From contig JBCDDR010000003.1 in NCBI GenBank assembly GCA_039180205.1, positions 1 to 35,263 of the forward strand: a stretch of 35,263 nt of DNA, read 5' to 3'. A program made the position numbers and the translations under genes. Position 1 is the first letter of the stretch; each line of letters begins with the position of its first letter. The notes beneath the pieces were generated by a model. The model searched no databases. It saw only the letters and a list, made by a program, of their open reading frames with translations, and was not told where the DNA came from. Positions 1 to 10,547 of the stretch are shown in pieces. This stretch comes from Pseudomonadota bacterium (GTDB lineage Bacteria > Pseudomonadota > Alphaproteobacteria > Sphingomonadales > JBCDDR01).

Positions 1-27
1 CCTGTTTATGCTCGCTCACCTATTGTC

Positions 28-753
28 TCACCCGCTGTGAAGTTCATTTGCCGCCGTCTCATTCAATACGCGATTTAAGAGCGCTTGGGCCGCACTTTGT
101 TCGGTCTCGCGTTTTGAGCGGCCTTCTGCCTCAGCTGACTGGCCCGAGATTAACGTAACCGAAATTTGAAAGCGCGGCGCATGGTCGGGCCCGGTACGCG
201 CGACAATCTCATACTGCGGCGGCGGCATTGCCCTTGCCTGCGCCCACTCCTGAAGGCGCGACTTGGCATCTTTCAGGATTTCGGGCGGATTTTGAAAACT
301 CTCTTCCCACGCCCGGCGGATCAACGCCTGGGCAGGAGCCAGCCCCCCATCGAGAAATACCGCCGCGATCACCGCCTCCATAACATTGGAAAGTACACTA
401 TCAAGTTCCGCCGCATCGGCTTCTTGGGCCGCAGTTGCCATGCGGATATGCGGCGCGAGGTCAATCATGCGACCGATTTCAGCAAGCATTTCCTTGCGAA
501 CCAAACGCGTATAGCGGTTCGCGAGCCTGCCTTCCGGCTCATCGGGGTAAGCCGCATAAAGCCATTCCGCGATCACGAGCCCCAGCACCCGATCCCCAAG
601 GAATTCAAGCCGCTGGTAGTTGGGTTCGCCATCCCGGCTGGGATGGGTAAGCGCATGTAAAAGCAGGGCTTCGTCAGCAAATTCATGGCCGAGTGCCGAA
701 GCTGCCCACTGGCGAACATGTTCGGAAACACCAGTCGTCTGAGCCATTGGCAC
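28..753 (-). CDS. rnc: Ribonuclease III
   Basis: RNase III signature NYQRLEFLGDRVLGL, ALTHPS, and C-terminal dsRBD (DAKSRLQEWAQ...GPDHAPRF); follows lepB as in the usual lepB-rnc-era order. Start is GTG 753 or ATG 747. Confidence 0.97.
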   Translation of the reverse strand: MPMAQTTGVSEHVRQWAASALGHEFADEALLLHALTHPSRDGEPNYQRLEFLGDRVLGLVIAEWLYAAYPDEPEGRLANRYTRLVRKEMLAEIGRMIDLAPHIRMATAAQEADAAELDSVLSNVMEAVIAAVFLDGGLAPAQALIRRAWEESFQNPPEILKDAKSRLQEWAQARAMPPPQYEIVARTGPDHAPRFQISVTLISGQSAEAEGRSKRETEQSAAQALLNRVLNETAANELHSG

Positions 754-821
754 GTTGACCTCTCACCCCATGTGACCTCACCGCGAGCGACCTGGCGCCC
801 GACAGCACCAGACTTTGCCCG

Positions 822-1715
822 CTATGTGCGCAGTGATTTGAAAATCCGCCCGAAGCGTGTCGACTGGATCCATTTCCACGGCTGCCAAAGACGAGCCTCG
901 CCGTCGGTTGAGAAGAAAATCACCTCGGCGCGCCCCACAAGGTTTTCAAAGGGAACACATTGCGGCCCGATCGCCCCGGGGATCCGGCAATCACTGGAGA
1001 GATCGCGATTATCACCCATCACATAGAGATGTCCCTCGGGGACCAGAACCTCACCCCGAATATTGGTATCGCTGCGCGGCTCAACGTCGAGGACGAGATA
1101 GTTTGTCCCATCCGGCAGCGTTTCGCGGTATTGCGGAAAGGCACACCCACGCGACCCATCGGGCAAAGTCGCCCGATACTCGGCTCTGAGATAGTATCGC
1201 CGGCGCCAGCACGCGGTGCGGGGCAGCGGCTCCTGGATAAAATCTTCAACCCGCTCGCGTTTGACAAGCTCTCCATTGATCCGAAGCACACCGTTTAGAT
1301 AAGTCAGCCGGTCACCGGGCAGACCGATGACGCGCTTAATGAAATCGGTTTTGTTGTCGAGCGGCTTTTTGAAAACGACGACATCACCGCGTTTGGGTAC
1401 ACTCTCAAATATGCGCCCCTTGAACGGGATCGGGCTTAGCGGGATCGAATGGCGGCTATAGCCGTAGGAATATTTCGAAACGAACAGATGATCGCCGATC
1501 AACAGGTTGGGCACCATCGACTCCGACGGAATGCTGAACGGCTCAAAGGCGACGATGCGCACGACCAGCGCGATCAGTACCGCAAAGACCACCGTGCGGA
1601 TAAATTCGACGAACCCTCCACTTTCGGTTTTTTTCTTTGCTTTCGTGCGTCCGACGTCCTTTTGCTGGGACTGGTTCGCGGTTGTTTCCGCCTCGGTCAT
1701 GGCGAGCTCCGTCAT
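822..1715 (-). CDS. lepB: Signal peptidase I
   Basis: Single TM segment followed by FSIPSESMVPNL (catalytic Ser), DFIKRVIGLPGD (catalytic Lys), MGDNRDLSSDCR. Confidence 0.97.
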   Translation of the reverse strand: MTELAMTEAETTANQSQQKDVGRTKAKKKTESGGFVEFIRTVVFAVLIALVVRIVAFEPFSIPSESMVPNLLIGDHLFVSKYSYGYSRHSIPLSPIPFKGRIFESVPKRGDVVVFKKPLDNKTDFIKRVIGLPGDRLTYLNGVLRINGELVKRERVEDFIQEPLPRTACWRRRYYLRAEYRATLPDGSRGCAFPQYRETLPDGTNYLVLDVEPRSDTNIRGEVLVPEGHLYVMGDNRDLSSDCRIPGAIGPQCVPFENLVGRAEVIFFSTDGEARLWQPWKWIQSTRFGRIFKSLRT

Positions 1716-1813
1716 TTCTTCGCGCCCAAGACCTTGCTGATCTCAGACATCTGTTTGTGAGGGGAAATTGGTGAAAGCGTCAACCCCACATCCACGCTTT
1801 CCCATCAAGGCTT

Positions 1814-2272
1814 TTATTTTGGCGCAAGTTGGCTCATTTGCGCTGGTGTTCTGGCCAATAAGACAGCTTCTTGCGGCGAGAGTGCGGCAATCATCACGAA
1901 GGCCTGCGCCCATGGGTCATCATCGGTGATCGTGAGCAGGATCTGCGGTTGGTGGCCCCGTGGCATCATCGACTTCAATCGTTCAGCTGCTCCACCCGTC
2001 AGCGCCATCGTCGGTTGACCAGTCGGGAGATTGACAACGCCCATGTCCCGCCAGTAAACGCCGCGACGAAACCCGGTCCCGAGCGCTTTCGAACATGCCT
2101 CTTTTGCCGCAAAACGCTTGGCGTAGCTTTGCGAACGCGCAGCCCGTCTATCAGACTTTTCGCGCTCGATATCGGTAAAAATCCGATTGAGAAAGCGCTC
2201 ACCAAATCGGTTGATGGAGGCATCGATACGAGGGATGGAGACCATGTCGTTGCCAATACCTAAAATCAGCAT
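1814..2272 (-). CDS. acpS: Holo-[acyl-carrier-protein] synthase
   Basis: [25 protein letters not shown] motifs; start overlaps the pdxJ stop. Confidence 0.96.
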   Translation of the reverse strand: MLILGIGNDMVSIPRIDASINRFGERFLNRIFTDIEREKSDRRAARSQSYAKRFAAKEACSKALGTGFRRGVYWRDMGVVNLPTGQPTMALTGGAAERLKSMMPRGHQPQILLTITDDDPWAQAFVMIAALSPQEAVLLARTPAQMSQLAPK

Positions 2273-3084
2273 GGGGTCCTTGCCCCCTCACCGACGCGGA
2301 TCGCGGCGCGCATGCGGTCAATCGAACCCGAAAGACCGTGAAAAATTGCCTCGCCAATCAGAAAATGGCCGATATTGAGTTCGGCCACTTCGGGGATTGA
2401 GGCCGCCATTTGCGCCGTTTCATAATCAAGGCCGTGTCCGGCATGGACTTCGAGCCCGAGGCTATGAGCCAGGGTGGCCATGTGGCGCAGACGCACGAAC
2501 TCGTCTGATCGCGCCGCCCTGGTTGCTTCATCATCGCCGCGCAGGTCACAAAGCTTCCCGGTATGAAGCTCGATCACCTGGGCACCCAGCTGTGCTGCGG
2601 CCTCAACCTGCTGCACCTCGGCATCGATAAAGAGGCTCACGCGAATATCGCGATCCTGAAGTTTATCGACAAAGCGCTTCAGCCAGTTTGCACGCCCGGC
2701 GGCATCAAGCCCCCCTTCCGTGGTTAGCTCCTCTCGCCGCTCGGGAACGATACAGGCCGCATGGGGTCGATGACGTAATGCGATTTCGAGCATCTCATCG
2801 GTTGCCGCCATTTCCAGGTTTAACGGTACCGTAAGCCGCGCCATCAGGGCTGTGATGTCTTCATCCGAAATATGGCGGCGATCTTCGCGCAGATGCGCGG
2901 TAATCCCGTCCGCCCCTGCCTCGACAGCTTTCTCCGCAGCGAAAACAGGGTCAGGGTGCAGACCGCCACGTGCATTCCGAACCGTTGCCACATGATCGAT
3001 ATTTACGCCGAGACGCACGCGCGTCGGCAGATCTCTCTCCCGGGCCTCGCGCATGTCCGGATCTATTCTGCGTGTGGTGTTCAT
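2266..3084 (-). CDS. pdxJ: Pyridoxine 5'-phosphate synthase
   Basis: [51 protein letters not shown]. Start placed at ATG 3084, behind an AGGAGAGG Shine-Dalgarno; the ORF-track start at 3255 overlaps pyrE. Confidence 0.96.
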   Translation of the reverse strand: MNTTRRIDPDMREARERDLPTRVRLGVNIDHVATVRNARGGLHPDPVFAAEKAVEAGADGITAHLREDRRHISDEDITALMARLTVPLNLEMAATDEMLEIALRHRPHAACIVPERREELTTEGGLDAAGRANWLKRFVDKLQDRDIRVSLFIDAEVQQVEAAAQLGAQVIELHTGKLCDLRGDDEATRAARSDEFVRLRHMATLAHSLGLEVHAGHGLDYETAQMAASIPEVAELNIGHFLIGEAIFHGLSGSIDRMRAAIRVGEGARTPC

Positions 3085-3118
3085 AGCGTGGCCCTCTCCT
3101 GAAATCACGAGGTTCGAC

Positions 3119-3706
3119 TTATCGCATTCCAGGCCGACTGCCAGGTTTAATGGGGTCAATTGCCGCAAGTTCCGGCGGCACATCTTCAACCCGATAGGTA
3201 GGCGCATCAATTTCAGCCAGTGCAACAAGCGGTACACCGACATTCGCGGTGCCACCCGAACGGTTGATCAAACAGGCCGCCGCGACAACCTCGCCACCAG
3301 CCGAAGAGATTGTCGAGATGCATTCGCGCGAGGAAAGTCCGGTTGTGACGACATCTTCCACCATCAACACCCGTGCGGCTTTCGGTATTTGAAAGCCACG
3401 GCGGAAGGTGAAAACCCCGTCAACGCGCTCGGTGAACATGGCCCTCACATCGAGCGCGCGTCCCATTTCCTGACCAATGATCACCCCACCCATCGCCGGG
3501 GAAACAACACAATCAATCGGCTCTGTGATCCCAGATTTCACCTTTTTGGCGAGCGCGCTGGCCAAGCGATCGGCTAACTGTGGATATGACAGAACCAGGG
3601 CACACTGCAGAAAAACCGGGCTACGCAAACCCGAGGACAGAATAAAATGCCCTTCCAACAACGCCCCTACGTTTCGAAAAAGGTCCAAAACCTCGTTTCG
3701 GTCCAT
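3119..3706 (-). CDS. pyrE: Orotate phosphoribosyltransferase
   Basis: [14 protein letters not shown] and PRPP-binding [10 protein letters not shown]; ATG 3706 preceded by GAGGGG. Confidence 0.95.
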   Translation of the reverse strand: MDRNEVLDLFRNVGALLEGHFILSSGLRSPVFLQCALVLSYPQLADRLASALAKKVKSGITEPIDCVVSPAMGGVIIGQEMGRALDVRAMFTERVDGVFTFRRGFQIPKAARVLMVEDVVTTGLSSRECISTISSAGGEVVAAACLINRSGGTANVGVPLVALAEIDAPTYRVEDVPPELAAIDPIKPGSRPGMR

Positions 3707-3743
3707 CGCCTGTCCCCTCACAAACCAATCCCGTTGGCGATCG

Positions 3744-5897
3744 TCAGCCCCTTAACCGCTCAACCTCACTTACGATCTTGAGGGCGCGCAGAGCCGTGAT
3801 GGCCGACGAGAGCTGTTTGGTATCGCTGACAGAAATGTCCATGACAAGCGAGAATAGATGTTGGTCGCGGTCGGTAATCTTGAAATTGGTAATGTCAGCA
3901 TCGTTATTGGCGACAACTTGCGCGACCGTGGCCAATGCACCGCGCACATTATTGACAAGCAGACGCAACCGTCCGGGAAACAGCATGTCGTTCCCGCCTT
4001 GTGCCCGCCAAGAGACGTCAATCCACCTCTCCGGCGTATCCGCAAACGATGCCAACACCTCGCAATCGATTGTATGAATGAGCACGCCTTTTCCAAAACT
4101 GCGAATGCCGACGACGCGGTCTCCGGGAACCGGATGACAACAGTCTGAAAAGTGAACCGCAACCCCGTCCGCAAGCCCATCGATCGAAATTGCGCGCGCG
4201 GCAACCTTCGGATCTACCGTATCGCCCGATAGGCCGGGTAAAACGGTGGTATCATTGATCCCTGCTCCGGCATGATGGCTGGGAAAAATCGTTGCAATCA
4301 CCTGGTCTTCATCAACCTTGTTTGAGCCGATCGCCGCATATAGATCATCGCGACTGTCAAACTTCAGCCGGGGCAACGCATCATCGATGGCTTCATCTGC
4401 AAGTTCAACATCTTGCGCTTCAATCGCAGCCGTGAGGAGGCGCTTGCCCAAATGAACATAATCCTCCCGTTCACGCAGGCGCAGAAACCGCCGGATCGAC
4501 GAGCGCGCCTTGCCGGTTCGTGCAAAACTGAGCCAGCCTTGCGCCGGCACCTGCCCCTCAGAGGTCAGAATTTCAACCTGGTCACCATTTTTCAGCTCTT
4601 GCTTGAGCGGGGCAACTCGACCGTTGATACGTGCGCCCACGCATTGCTCACCCACATCAGAGTGCACAGCAAACGCAAAATCGATCACGCTGCTGCCGAT
4701 GGGTAGCGAGATGAGATCACCTTTGGGCGTAAAGCAAAAAACCTGGTCGGAAAACATCGCCAGCTTGGTGTTTTCCATGAACTCTTCGGGGGTTTCGGCA
4801 TTTTCAAGGATATCAAGCAATTCACGCACCCAGCCATATTGGCGCCCCTCAAGCCCGCCAATTCCTTGCTTGTACTGCCAGTGCGCGGCCACGCCGACCT
4901 CAGCGACCTCGTGCATCGAACGCGACCGGATTTGCAGCTCGATCGGCCGGTTCGCCGGGCCAATAACAGTGGTATGGAGTGATTGATACCCGTTTCGCTT
5001 CGGTGTCGAAATATAGTCTTTGAACCGTCCGGGCACCATCGGCCAGTGTTTGTGCACGGCACCCAGTGCACGGTAGCAATGCCCTTCGTCACCTGTGATG
5101 ATCCGAAACGCCACCACATCGCTCAAGTCTTCGAAGGGGATATGCTTCTCTTCCATTTTTTGCCAAATGGAATAGAGTGATTTTTCCCGCCCCTGAACGT
5201 CTGCCTCGATGGCATGATCGGCAAGCGTCGTGCGAACCGCGTCGCCAAATTCCTTTATCAGGTCACCGGTTTCGGCGCGTAGCATCTGCAAGCGCTTCGA
5301 AAGGGAACCAACCGCCTGGGGATGGAGGTGATGAAAGGCGAGCGTTTCAAGCTCATTCTTGATCTGATAAATCCCCATCCGTTCCGCGAGGGGGGCATAA
5401 ATCTCCAGCGTTTCCAGAGCAATGCGGTGACGTTTCTCTTCCTTCTTGATGAAGTGGAGGGTGCGCATATTATGGAGGCGGTCAGCGAGCTTAACGAGCA
5501 AAACCCGAATGTCGCTGGACATCGCCAGCAGAAATTTCCGGAAGTTTTCTGCCTGTTTGGTGTCTTCGGAGTGAAATTCGATCCGCGAAAGCTTAGTGAC
5601 GCCATCAACAAGCTGAGCGACGTTTTCGCCAAACATATCGCGGATCTGGTCTTCGGTCGCGACCGTGTCCTCGATCGTATCGTGCAGGATTGCGGTACAG
5701 ATCGTATCTGTATCGAGCGCGAGGTCCGTCAGGATGCCCGCAACCTCAATCGGGTGCGAAAAATAGGGATCACCGCTCGCGCGCTTTTGCCCGCCATGCA
5801 CTTTCATCGAAAAAACATAAGCGCGGTTGAGCTTATCCTCGTCTACATCGGGTTCGTAGGACCTGACTTTTTCGACGAGTTCAAGCTGACGCAGCAT
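3744..5897 (-). CDS. spoT: Bifunctional (p)ppGpp synthetase/hydrolase (Rsh/SpoT)
   Basis: HD hydrolase (HPIEVA, LHDTIED), KLADRLHNMRTL, synthetase RFKDYI..PKRNGYQSLHT, TGS (FTPKGD, DFAFAVHS), CCHPVPGD, C-terminal ACT domain; directly downstream of rpoZ. Confidence 0.97.
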   Translation of the reverse strand: MLRQLELVEKVRSYEPDVDEDKLNRAYVFSMKVHGGQKRASGDPYFSHPIEVAGILTDLALDTDTICTAILHDTIEDTVATEDQIRDMFGENVAQLVDGVTKLSRIEFHSEDTKQAENFRKFLLAMSSDIRVLLVKLADRLHNMRTLHFIKKEEKRHRIALETLEIYAPLAERMGIYQIKNELETLAFHHLHPQAVGSLSKRLQMLRAETGDLIKEFGDAVRTTLADHAIEADVQGREKSLYSIWQKMEEKHIPFEDLSDVVAFRIITGDEGHCYRALGAVHKHWPMVPGRFKDYISTPKRNGYQSLHTTVIGPANRPIELQIRSRSMHEVAEVGVAAHWQYKQGIGGLEGRQYGWVRELLDILENAETPEEFMENTKLAMFSDQVFCFTPKGDLISLPIGSSVIDFAFAVHSDVGEQCVGARINGRVAPLKQELKNGDQVEILTSEGQVPAQGWLSFARTGKARSSIRRFLRLREREDYVHLGKRLLTAAIEAQDVELADEAIDDALPRLKFDSRDDLYAAIGSNKVDEDQVIATIFPSHHAGAGINDTTVLPGLSGDTVDPKVAARAISIDGLADGVAVHFSDCCHPVPGDRVVGIRSFGKGVLIHTIDCEVLASFADTPERWIDVSWRAQGGNDMLFPGRLRLLVNNVRGALATVAQVVANNDADITNFKITDRDQHLFSLVMDISVSDTKQLSSAITALRALKIVSEVERLRG

Positions 5898-5928
5898 CGG
5901 GTATGCATCGCCCCAAAAGGGTTACGGA

Positions 5929-6237
5929 TCAAATTTTTGGAGGAGTATCCACACCAACTGAGTCGCCGCCAATCATTGAGGACATATCATGTTCCTCAGG
6001 CTCATCGACCTCAATGTGTTTTTGATAGCTCGAAATCAGCGATTCTTTGAGCTGATCCGCGCCGATCTCTTCGTCCGCGATTTCACGCAGGGAAACCACC
6101 GGGTTCTTATCATTGTCGCGATCAACTTTTAACTGAGCACCCGACGAAATCTGCCGAGAGCGCTGCGCCGCAAGCAGCACAAGGTTGAACCGATTGGGAA
6201 CTTTCTCAACACAATCTTCAACGGTAACACGCGCCAT
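5929..6237 (-). CDS. rpoZ: RNA polymerase omega subunit
   Basis: [30 protein letters not shown]...[12 protein letters not shown], the alphaproteobacterial omega signature. Confidence 0.98.
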   Translation of the reverse strand: MARVTVEDCVEKVPNRFNLVLLAAQRSRQISSGAQLKVDRDNDKNPVVSLREIADEEIGADQLKESLISSYQKHIEVDEPEEHDMSSMIGGDSVGVDTPPKI

Positions 6238-6333
6238 AAAGCCTTAACCCTTCAAAGCCAATAATTTAATCCTTAAACGTATTTGAAAACTCTGGACGCG
6301 TAAACAGTTTTTTCGCACCGCAACAAAGTGTGA

Positions 6334-6927
6334 TCATCCGAGGTTGCCAAGCAGTTGATCCTTTTGGCGGTGCACCATGCTTTCTCTCGCACCCATCGGG
6401 TCTCGACGCTCATATACATCGAGCTGATCCCGCATCTCCCGCACTGACTTTTGCAAAACCGGATGCACCCAATCGGGCGCGACTTCGACGAGCGGTTCGA
6501 GAACGAAGCGGCGGTCGTGTAACCGAGGGTGCGGAACGATGAGCGCGGCAGCAGCCGCTGATGACCGACGCTCGGCCTGAAGATGCCAACTCAATCGGTC
6601 TGGTAAGACTCGGTCATCGACGGCCAGCAAATCAAGATCGAGGAGCCTCGCATCCCAGCGAACACGGCGTTCGCGGCCAAATTCCGCCTCGACCTGATGA
6701 AGGATCCTCAGGATGCTTTGGGCCGGAAGATGGCTATCAGCGGTGAGAACGGCATTCGCAAAATCGGGCTGACCGCTCGGTGGGACCGGTGATGATTGAT
6801 AAATATGCGACCCCGCAAAAACCGATAAACCAAGCGCGATGAGCCTTTCGGCAGCCGCGCGCAAAGTTTGCGCTGGCGCACCATGTTCAGGATGAGGCAG
6901 GTTAGCGCCAAGTGCAATCAAGATCAT
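6334..6927 (-). CDS. folK: 2-amino-4-hydroxy-6-hydroxymethyldihydropteridine diphosphokinase
   Basis: IALGANL, QPDFANAV, RWDARLLDLDLL, PHPRLHDRRFVLEPL. Confidence 0.95.
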   Translation of the reverse strand: MILIALGANLPHPEHGAPAQTLRAAAERLIALGLSVFAGSHIYQSSPVPPSGQPDFANAVLTADSHLPAQSILRILHQVEAEFGRERRVRWDARLLDLDLLAVDDRVLPDRLSWHLQAERRSSAAAAALIVPHPRLHDRRFVLEPLVEVAPDWVHPVLQKSVREMRDQLDVYERRDPMGARESMVHRQKDQLLGNLG

Positions 6928-6943
6928 GAAAGCCGTGATAGCG

Positions 6944-7606
6944 ATGGCAACAACCGCCCGTCAACAACTCCCCGCCGAGCCGCCGCACGACTGCGCGCTT
7001 TGCCCACGCCTCGCCAGTTTCCGCGAGGAAAATGACGCCGCGCATCCCGATTGGTTTAATGCGCCTGTTCCTGGATTTGGCGACGAGGCAGCGTGGCTGC
7101 TGATCATGGGGCTTGCGCCGGGCTTGAAAGGTGCCAATCGCACAAGCCGACCGTTTACCGGCGATTTCGCGGGCGATCTTTTGTATCCAACGCTGCTTTC
7201 CTGCGGTCTTGCGGAAGGAACCTATGCGGCACATCCCGATGATGGGCTCACACTCCGGGGGGCCTTCATCAGCAACGCTGTGCGCTGCGTTCCCCCACAA
7301 AACAAGCCTATTGGTTCTGAAATCAACAACTGCCGCCCGTTTTTGATCGGCCAGCTCAATGCGCTTCCCCAGCTCACGCATATCGTGGCACTTGGGCGCA
7401 TCGCGCACGAAAGTCTCATCCGCGCCCTTGGCGGCAAGCTCAAAGATACGCCGTTTCGGCATGGTGCTCACCACAAAATAGGCGGATATATCCTCGCCGA
7501 CAGCTATCATTGCTCGCGTTACAATACGAATACCGGTCGGTTGACGGCGGACATGTTCGCCGCCGTCTTTCAGGCTGTCATCGCCGATCGAAATGCAACA
7601 GCTTAA
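6944..7606 (+). CDS. Uracil-DNA glycosylase, family 5 (UDGb-like, Fe-S cysteines)
   Basis: CALCPRL, GLAPGLKGANRTSRPFTGD, NAVRCVPPQNKP, SYHCSRYNTNTGRLT. Start is ATG 6944 or 6926. Confidence 0.92.
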   Translation: MATTARQQLPAEPPHDCALCPRLASFREENDAAHPDWFNAPVPGFGDEAAWLLIMGLAPGLKGANRTSRPFTGDFAGDLLYPTLLSCGLAEGTYAAHPDDGLTLRGAFISNAVRCVPPQNKPIGSEINNCRPFLIGQLNALPQLTHIVALGRIAHESLIRALGGKLKDTPFRHGAHHKIGGYILADSYHCSRYNTNTGRLTADMFAAVFQAVIADRNATA

Positions 7607-7609
7607 CCG

Positions 7610-9709
7610 CTACCAGATCTGTACGCGCTCTTCAGGCGGGAGATAAAGTTCGTCGTCTTCCTTCACGTTGAAGGCCGCGTACCAGGCATCGATATTGCGA
7701 ACGATCCCATTGGTGCGGAAGCTCGACGGGCTGTGCGGATCGGATTTCAAACGACGGCTCAACTCCGCATCACGATAGAGGCGCCGCCAGACCTGTGCCC
7801 ACGCCATGAAAAACCGCTGGTCCCCGGTATAGCCCGCAATCACCGGAGCCGGTTTGCCATCAAGCGAGATTTTATAGGCATAATAAGCGACTTCGAGCCC
7901 GCCGAGGTCGCCAATGTTTTCGCCAAGCGTAAAACGCCCGTTAACGAACTCTCCGGGAAGCGCGGCATAACCGTCATATTGCGCAACAAGCTTGTCCGAC
8001 CGCGCTTTGAAACGCTCAACATCTTCCGGCTGCCACCAGTCTCTGAGCCGGCCCTCACCATCGGATTTTCGTCCCTGATCATCAAACCCATGCCCCATCT
8101 CGTGGCCGATGACCGCACCGATAGCCCCATAATTGACGGCATCGTCGGCAGCGGGATCAAAGAACGGCGGTTGCAGGATGGCAGCGGGGAAAACGATTTC
8201 ATTACGGTTTGGACTGTAATAGGCGTTCACCGTTTGCGGGGTTATAAACCACTCCGTCCGGTCGATGGGATCATTGAGCCGCGAAACCTGACGATCATAT
8301 TCGGCTGCGGCAGCGCGGCGCAAGTTTCCGACTAAATCGTCGCGACGAATGTCGATCGCCGAATAGTCCCGCCATTTTTCCGGATAGCCGATTTTCGGCG
8401 TGAATTTCGCGAGCTTATCCAGCGCTTCAACCTTGGTGTCTTCGCCCATCCAATCGAGCTTGCGAATCCGATCCCCATAGGCCGCACGCAAATTTTCAAC
8501 CAGCACATCCATCCGTTCCTTGGCAACCGGAGGGAAATGTTCGGCAACATACAGTTTTCCAACCGCTTCCCCCATCGTGCGATTGACAAGCGAAACACCG
8601 CGTTTCCAACGCGAACGGAGTTCAGGAACGCCCGAAAGCGTCCGCCCGGAAAAATCAAAGTTTTCCTCAACAAAAGCGGCACTCAAATAGGGCGCGGCAT
8701 CCGATATTGCATGGAATTGGAGATAGGCCTTCCAAACATCGACAGGCGTCTTTGCAAAGATCTCGGTCATGCCTGCAAGCGACGAGGGCTGCCGAACGAT
8801 AACCTGGCCCTGTCCATCGATTTCAAGCTCGCTCGCGAACGCTGCCCACGGGAAGCCGGGCATCGACGTTTCCATGTCAGCGATTGTCATCGGGTTGTAG
8901 GTTTTGTCGCGGTTGCGGCTTTCCGCGCGCGACCAAAAGACCTCGGCCATCGCCGTTTCCAGCTCGAGAGTCTTCGCGGCCTTTTCTTCAGCGCCGTCAA
9001 TATCAGCCAGATCCATCATCGAGGTTACATGGCGCTCAAAGGCTTCACGGAGCGCAGCCGATTTTTCGCTGTCTTCCAGATAATAATCGCGATCCGGCAG
9101 GCTTAACCCGGACTGAGTGAAATAGACCGCATAGGCATCCGGGTTTTTCGAGTCGACATTGAAAAAGAAATTGAAAGGTGAGGTGCCGTTCGCGCGTACA
9201 TTTTGAGCCATGATCATCGCAATCTCATCATGGGTTTCGGCAGCCGCAATCTCTGCAAGGTCGGACGCGATCGGCGCGAGCCCAAGGCTGTTGATGCGCC
9301 CCTCATCCATAAAACTGGCGTAAAGGTCCCCTACCTGCTGGGTTTCGGTGCCCTTTTCAACTGACTGCGCCTTAGCGGCCGAGCTTTCTATGATCTCCCG
9401 GGTACGCTCCTCCGAACGTTCGGCGAGCTTTGTGAACGAGCCATAGTTTGATCGATCCGCTGGGATCTCAAAATTGACAAGCCACTTACCATTGACAAAC
9501 TGATAGAAGTCATCCTGAGGACGAATACTTGTATCAATCGTGTCGAGCTCGATTCCGAATTCCCCGAGTTCAGGCTTCAGCGCTGGCTCGGCAGCTACAG
9601 CACTGGCAACCGAAGGCGTTTCATTCGATGCGCCATACCCCGAAGCACAGGCGCCGAGTGCACCAAGCAACGTGGTGGCCAACAGAATGCGGAGACTGAC
9701 AGTAGTCAT
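7610..9709 (-). CDS. M13-family (neprilysin/PepO-like) zinc metallopeptidase, predicted lipoprotein
   Basis: PQDDFYQFVNGKW, VNAYY, HEMGH, GENIGD, DPHSP. ATG 9709 behind GAGGA gives a signal peptide with lipobox LGAC. Confidence 0.93.
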   Translation of the reverse strand: MTTVSLRILLATTLLGALGACASGYGASNETPSVASAVAAEPALKPELGEFGIELDTIDTSIRPQDDFYQFVNGKWLVNFEIPADRSNYGSFTKLAERSEERTREIIESSAAKAQSVEKGTETQQVGDLYASFMDEGRINSLGLAPIASDLAEIAAAETHDEIAMIMAQNVRANGTSPFNFFFNVDSKNPDAYAVYFTQSGLSLPDRDYYLEDSEKSAALREAFERHVTSMMDLADIDGAEEKAAKTLELETAMAEVFWSRAESRNRDKTYNPMTIADMETSMPGFPWAAFASELEIDGQGQVIVRQPSSLAGMTEIFAKTPVDVWKAYLQFHAISDAAPYLSAAFVEENFDFSGRTLSGVPELRSRWKRGVSLVNRTMGEAVGKLYVAEHFPPVAKERMDVLVENLRAAYGDRIRKLDWMGEDTKVEALDKLAKFTPKIGYPEKWRDYSAIDIRRDDLVGNLRRAAAAEYDRQVSRLNDPIDRTEWFITPQTVNAYYSPNRNEIVFPAAILQPPFFDPAADDAVNYGAIGAVIGHEMGHGFDDQGRKSDGEGRLRDWWQPEDVERFKARSDKLVAQYDGYAALPGEFVNGRFTLGENIGDLGGLEVAYYAYKISLDGKPAPVIAGYTGDQRFFMAWAQVWRRLYRDAELSRRLKSDPHSPSSFRTNGIVRNIDAWYAAFNVKEDDELYLPPEERVQIW

Positions 9710-9827
9710 GCGGTTTCGTCCTCGTTTCATAGAAATTTTTGCCGTCAAACGACAGTGTTGAGACGCGCGTAGGCGGCAAATGGCACAGGAATGAGGCAAG
9801 CCGAGCCATCGACGCGACAAATCGCTT

Positions 9828-10547
9828 TTACTTTATCCGCCACAGCTTGGCGCGGTACATCATCCAAACGCGAACGGCACCGTCTCCAAAAACGGGGATA
9901 AATGCCTCGTCGTCAATCGCAAGGCCGCCAGTATAGCTGCCAAAGGCAGGCATAACCAAGCGTTTTTCACCCACCGCAAAACAAGGGCCTGCTGCGACCC
10001 GGCCTTTTAGGGGAACGCGGACCTTGGGATGATAATGACCGATGATTTGTGAACACGGCACGTCTTCATCCTCATGCGCGAAAAGTATCCCGCATTCGCT
10101 TAAACTGTGTACTACATGCCCACCGAAAACCCCGCCAAGTTCACCGTCATGATTACCGGTGACCCAGGTCCAGTCATCGACGCTTTCAACGAGCGAGGCG
10201 AGATGATCGCCATCGGGCCGCGCCATCCGCTCGCCTGCGCGCCGGTCGTGAAAACTATCGCCGAGAGAGATCACCCGCTCCGGTTTATGGTGGTCAATCG
10301 CAGCAGCAAGACGGGCCAGTGTGTCCAGGCTGTCAAGCACACTTACGGGAATGCCACGGCGGGCAAAATAAGACCCCTTTTCGAGATGCAGATCAGAAAC
10401 GACAAGTGTATTCCGTGCCGGCCACATAAGCACGCCCGACGGGCAAAGCAGGAAGTTTGCATCGCCAAAAGTGACCGGGGTCGGCGCACCGATCCTCTGC
10501 GGGCCGAAAGCCACCGGGTCTTTTGGGAGGGCCTGGTTAGTTTGCAA
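9828..10547 (-). CDS. pdeM: Ligase-associated DNA damage response metallophosphoesterase/endonuclease (PdeM/MPE)
   Basis: SDLHLEKGS, GDSFH, GNHD, HE, GHYHP, MPAFGSYTGG; start overlaps the lhr stop. Confidence 0.92.
   Translation of the reverse strand: MQTNQALPKDPVAFGPQRIGAPTPVTFGDANFLLCPSGVLMWPARNTLVVSDLHLEKGSYFARRGIPVSVLDSLDTLARLAAAIDHHKPERVISLGDSFHDRRAGERMARPDGDHLASLVESVDDWTWVTGNHDGELGGVFGGHVVHSLSECGILFAHEDEDVPCSQIIGHYHPKVRVPLKGRVAAGPCFAVGEKRLVMPAFGSYTGGLAIDDEAFIPVFGDGAVRVWMMYRAKLWRIK

Noticed and set aside
1-19. Possible start of era (minus-strand GTG AGC GAG CAT AAA CAG) downstream of rnc
   Set aside because: Synteny makes it plausible, but six codons give no sequence evidence.
2947-2958. 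AGGGTCAGGG inside pdxJ, resembling the intergenic motif
   Set aside because: Explained by the conserved HPDP codons on the opposite strand.
5322-6050. Long antisense or alternate-frame ORFs (this one, 23282-24127, 31668-32549, 10107-10739 and others)
   Set aside because: Shadow frames of well-conserved genes in GC-rich DNA, with no recognisable motifs.
5929-6237. RpoZ seems short (102 aa) for an alphaproteobacterium
   Set aside because: The core is intact and the acidic tail is variable; no sign of a frameshift.
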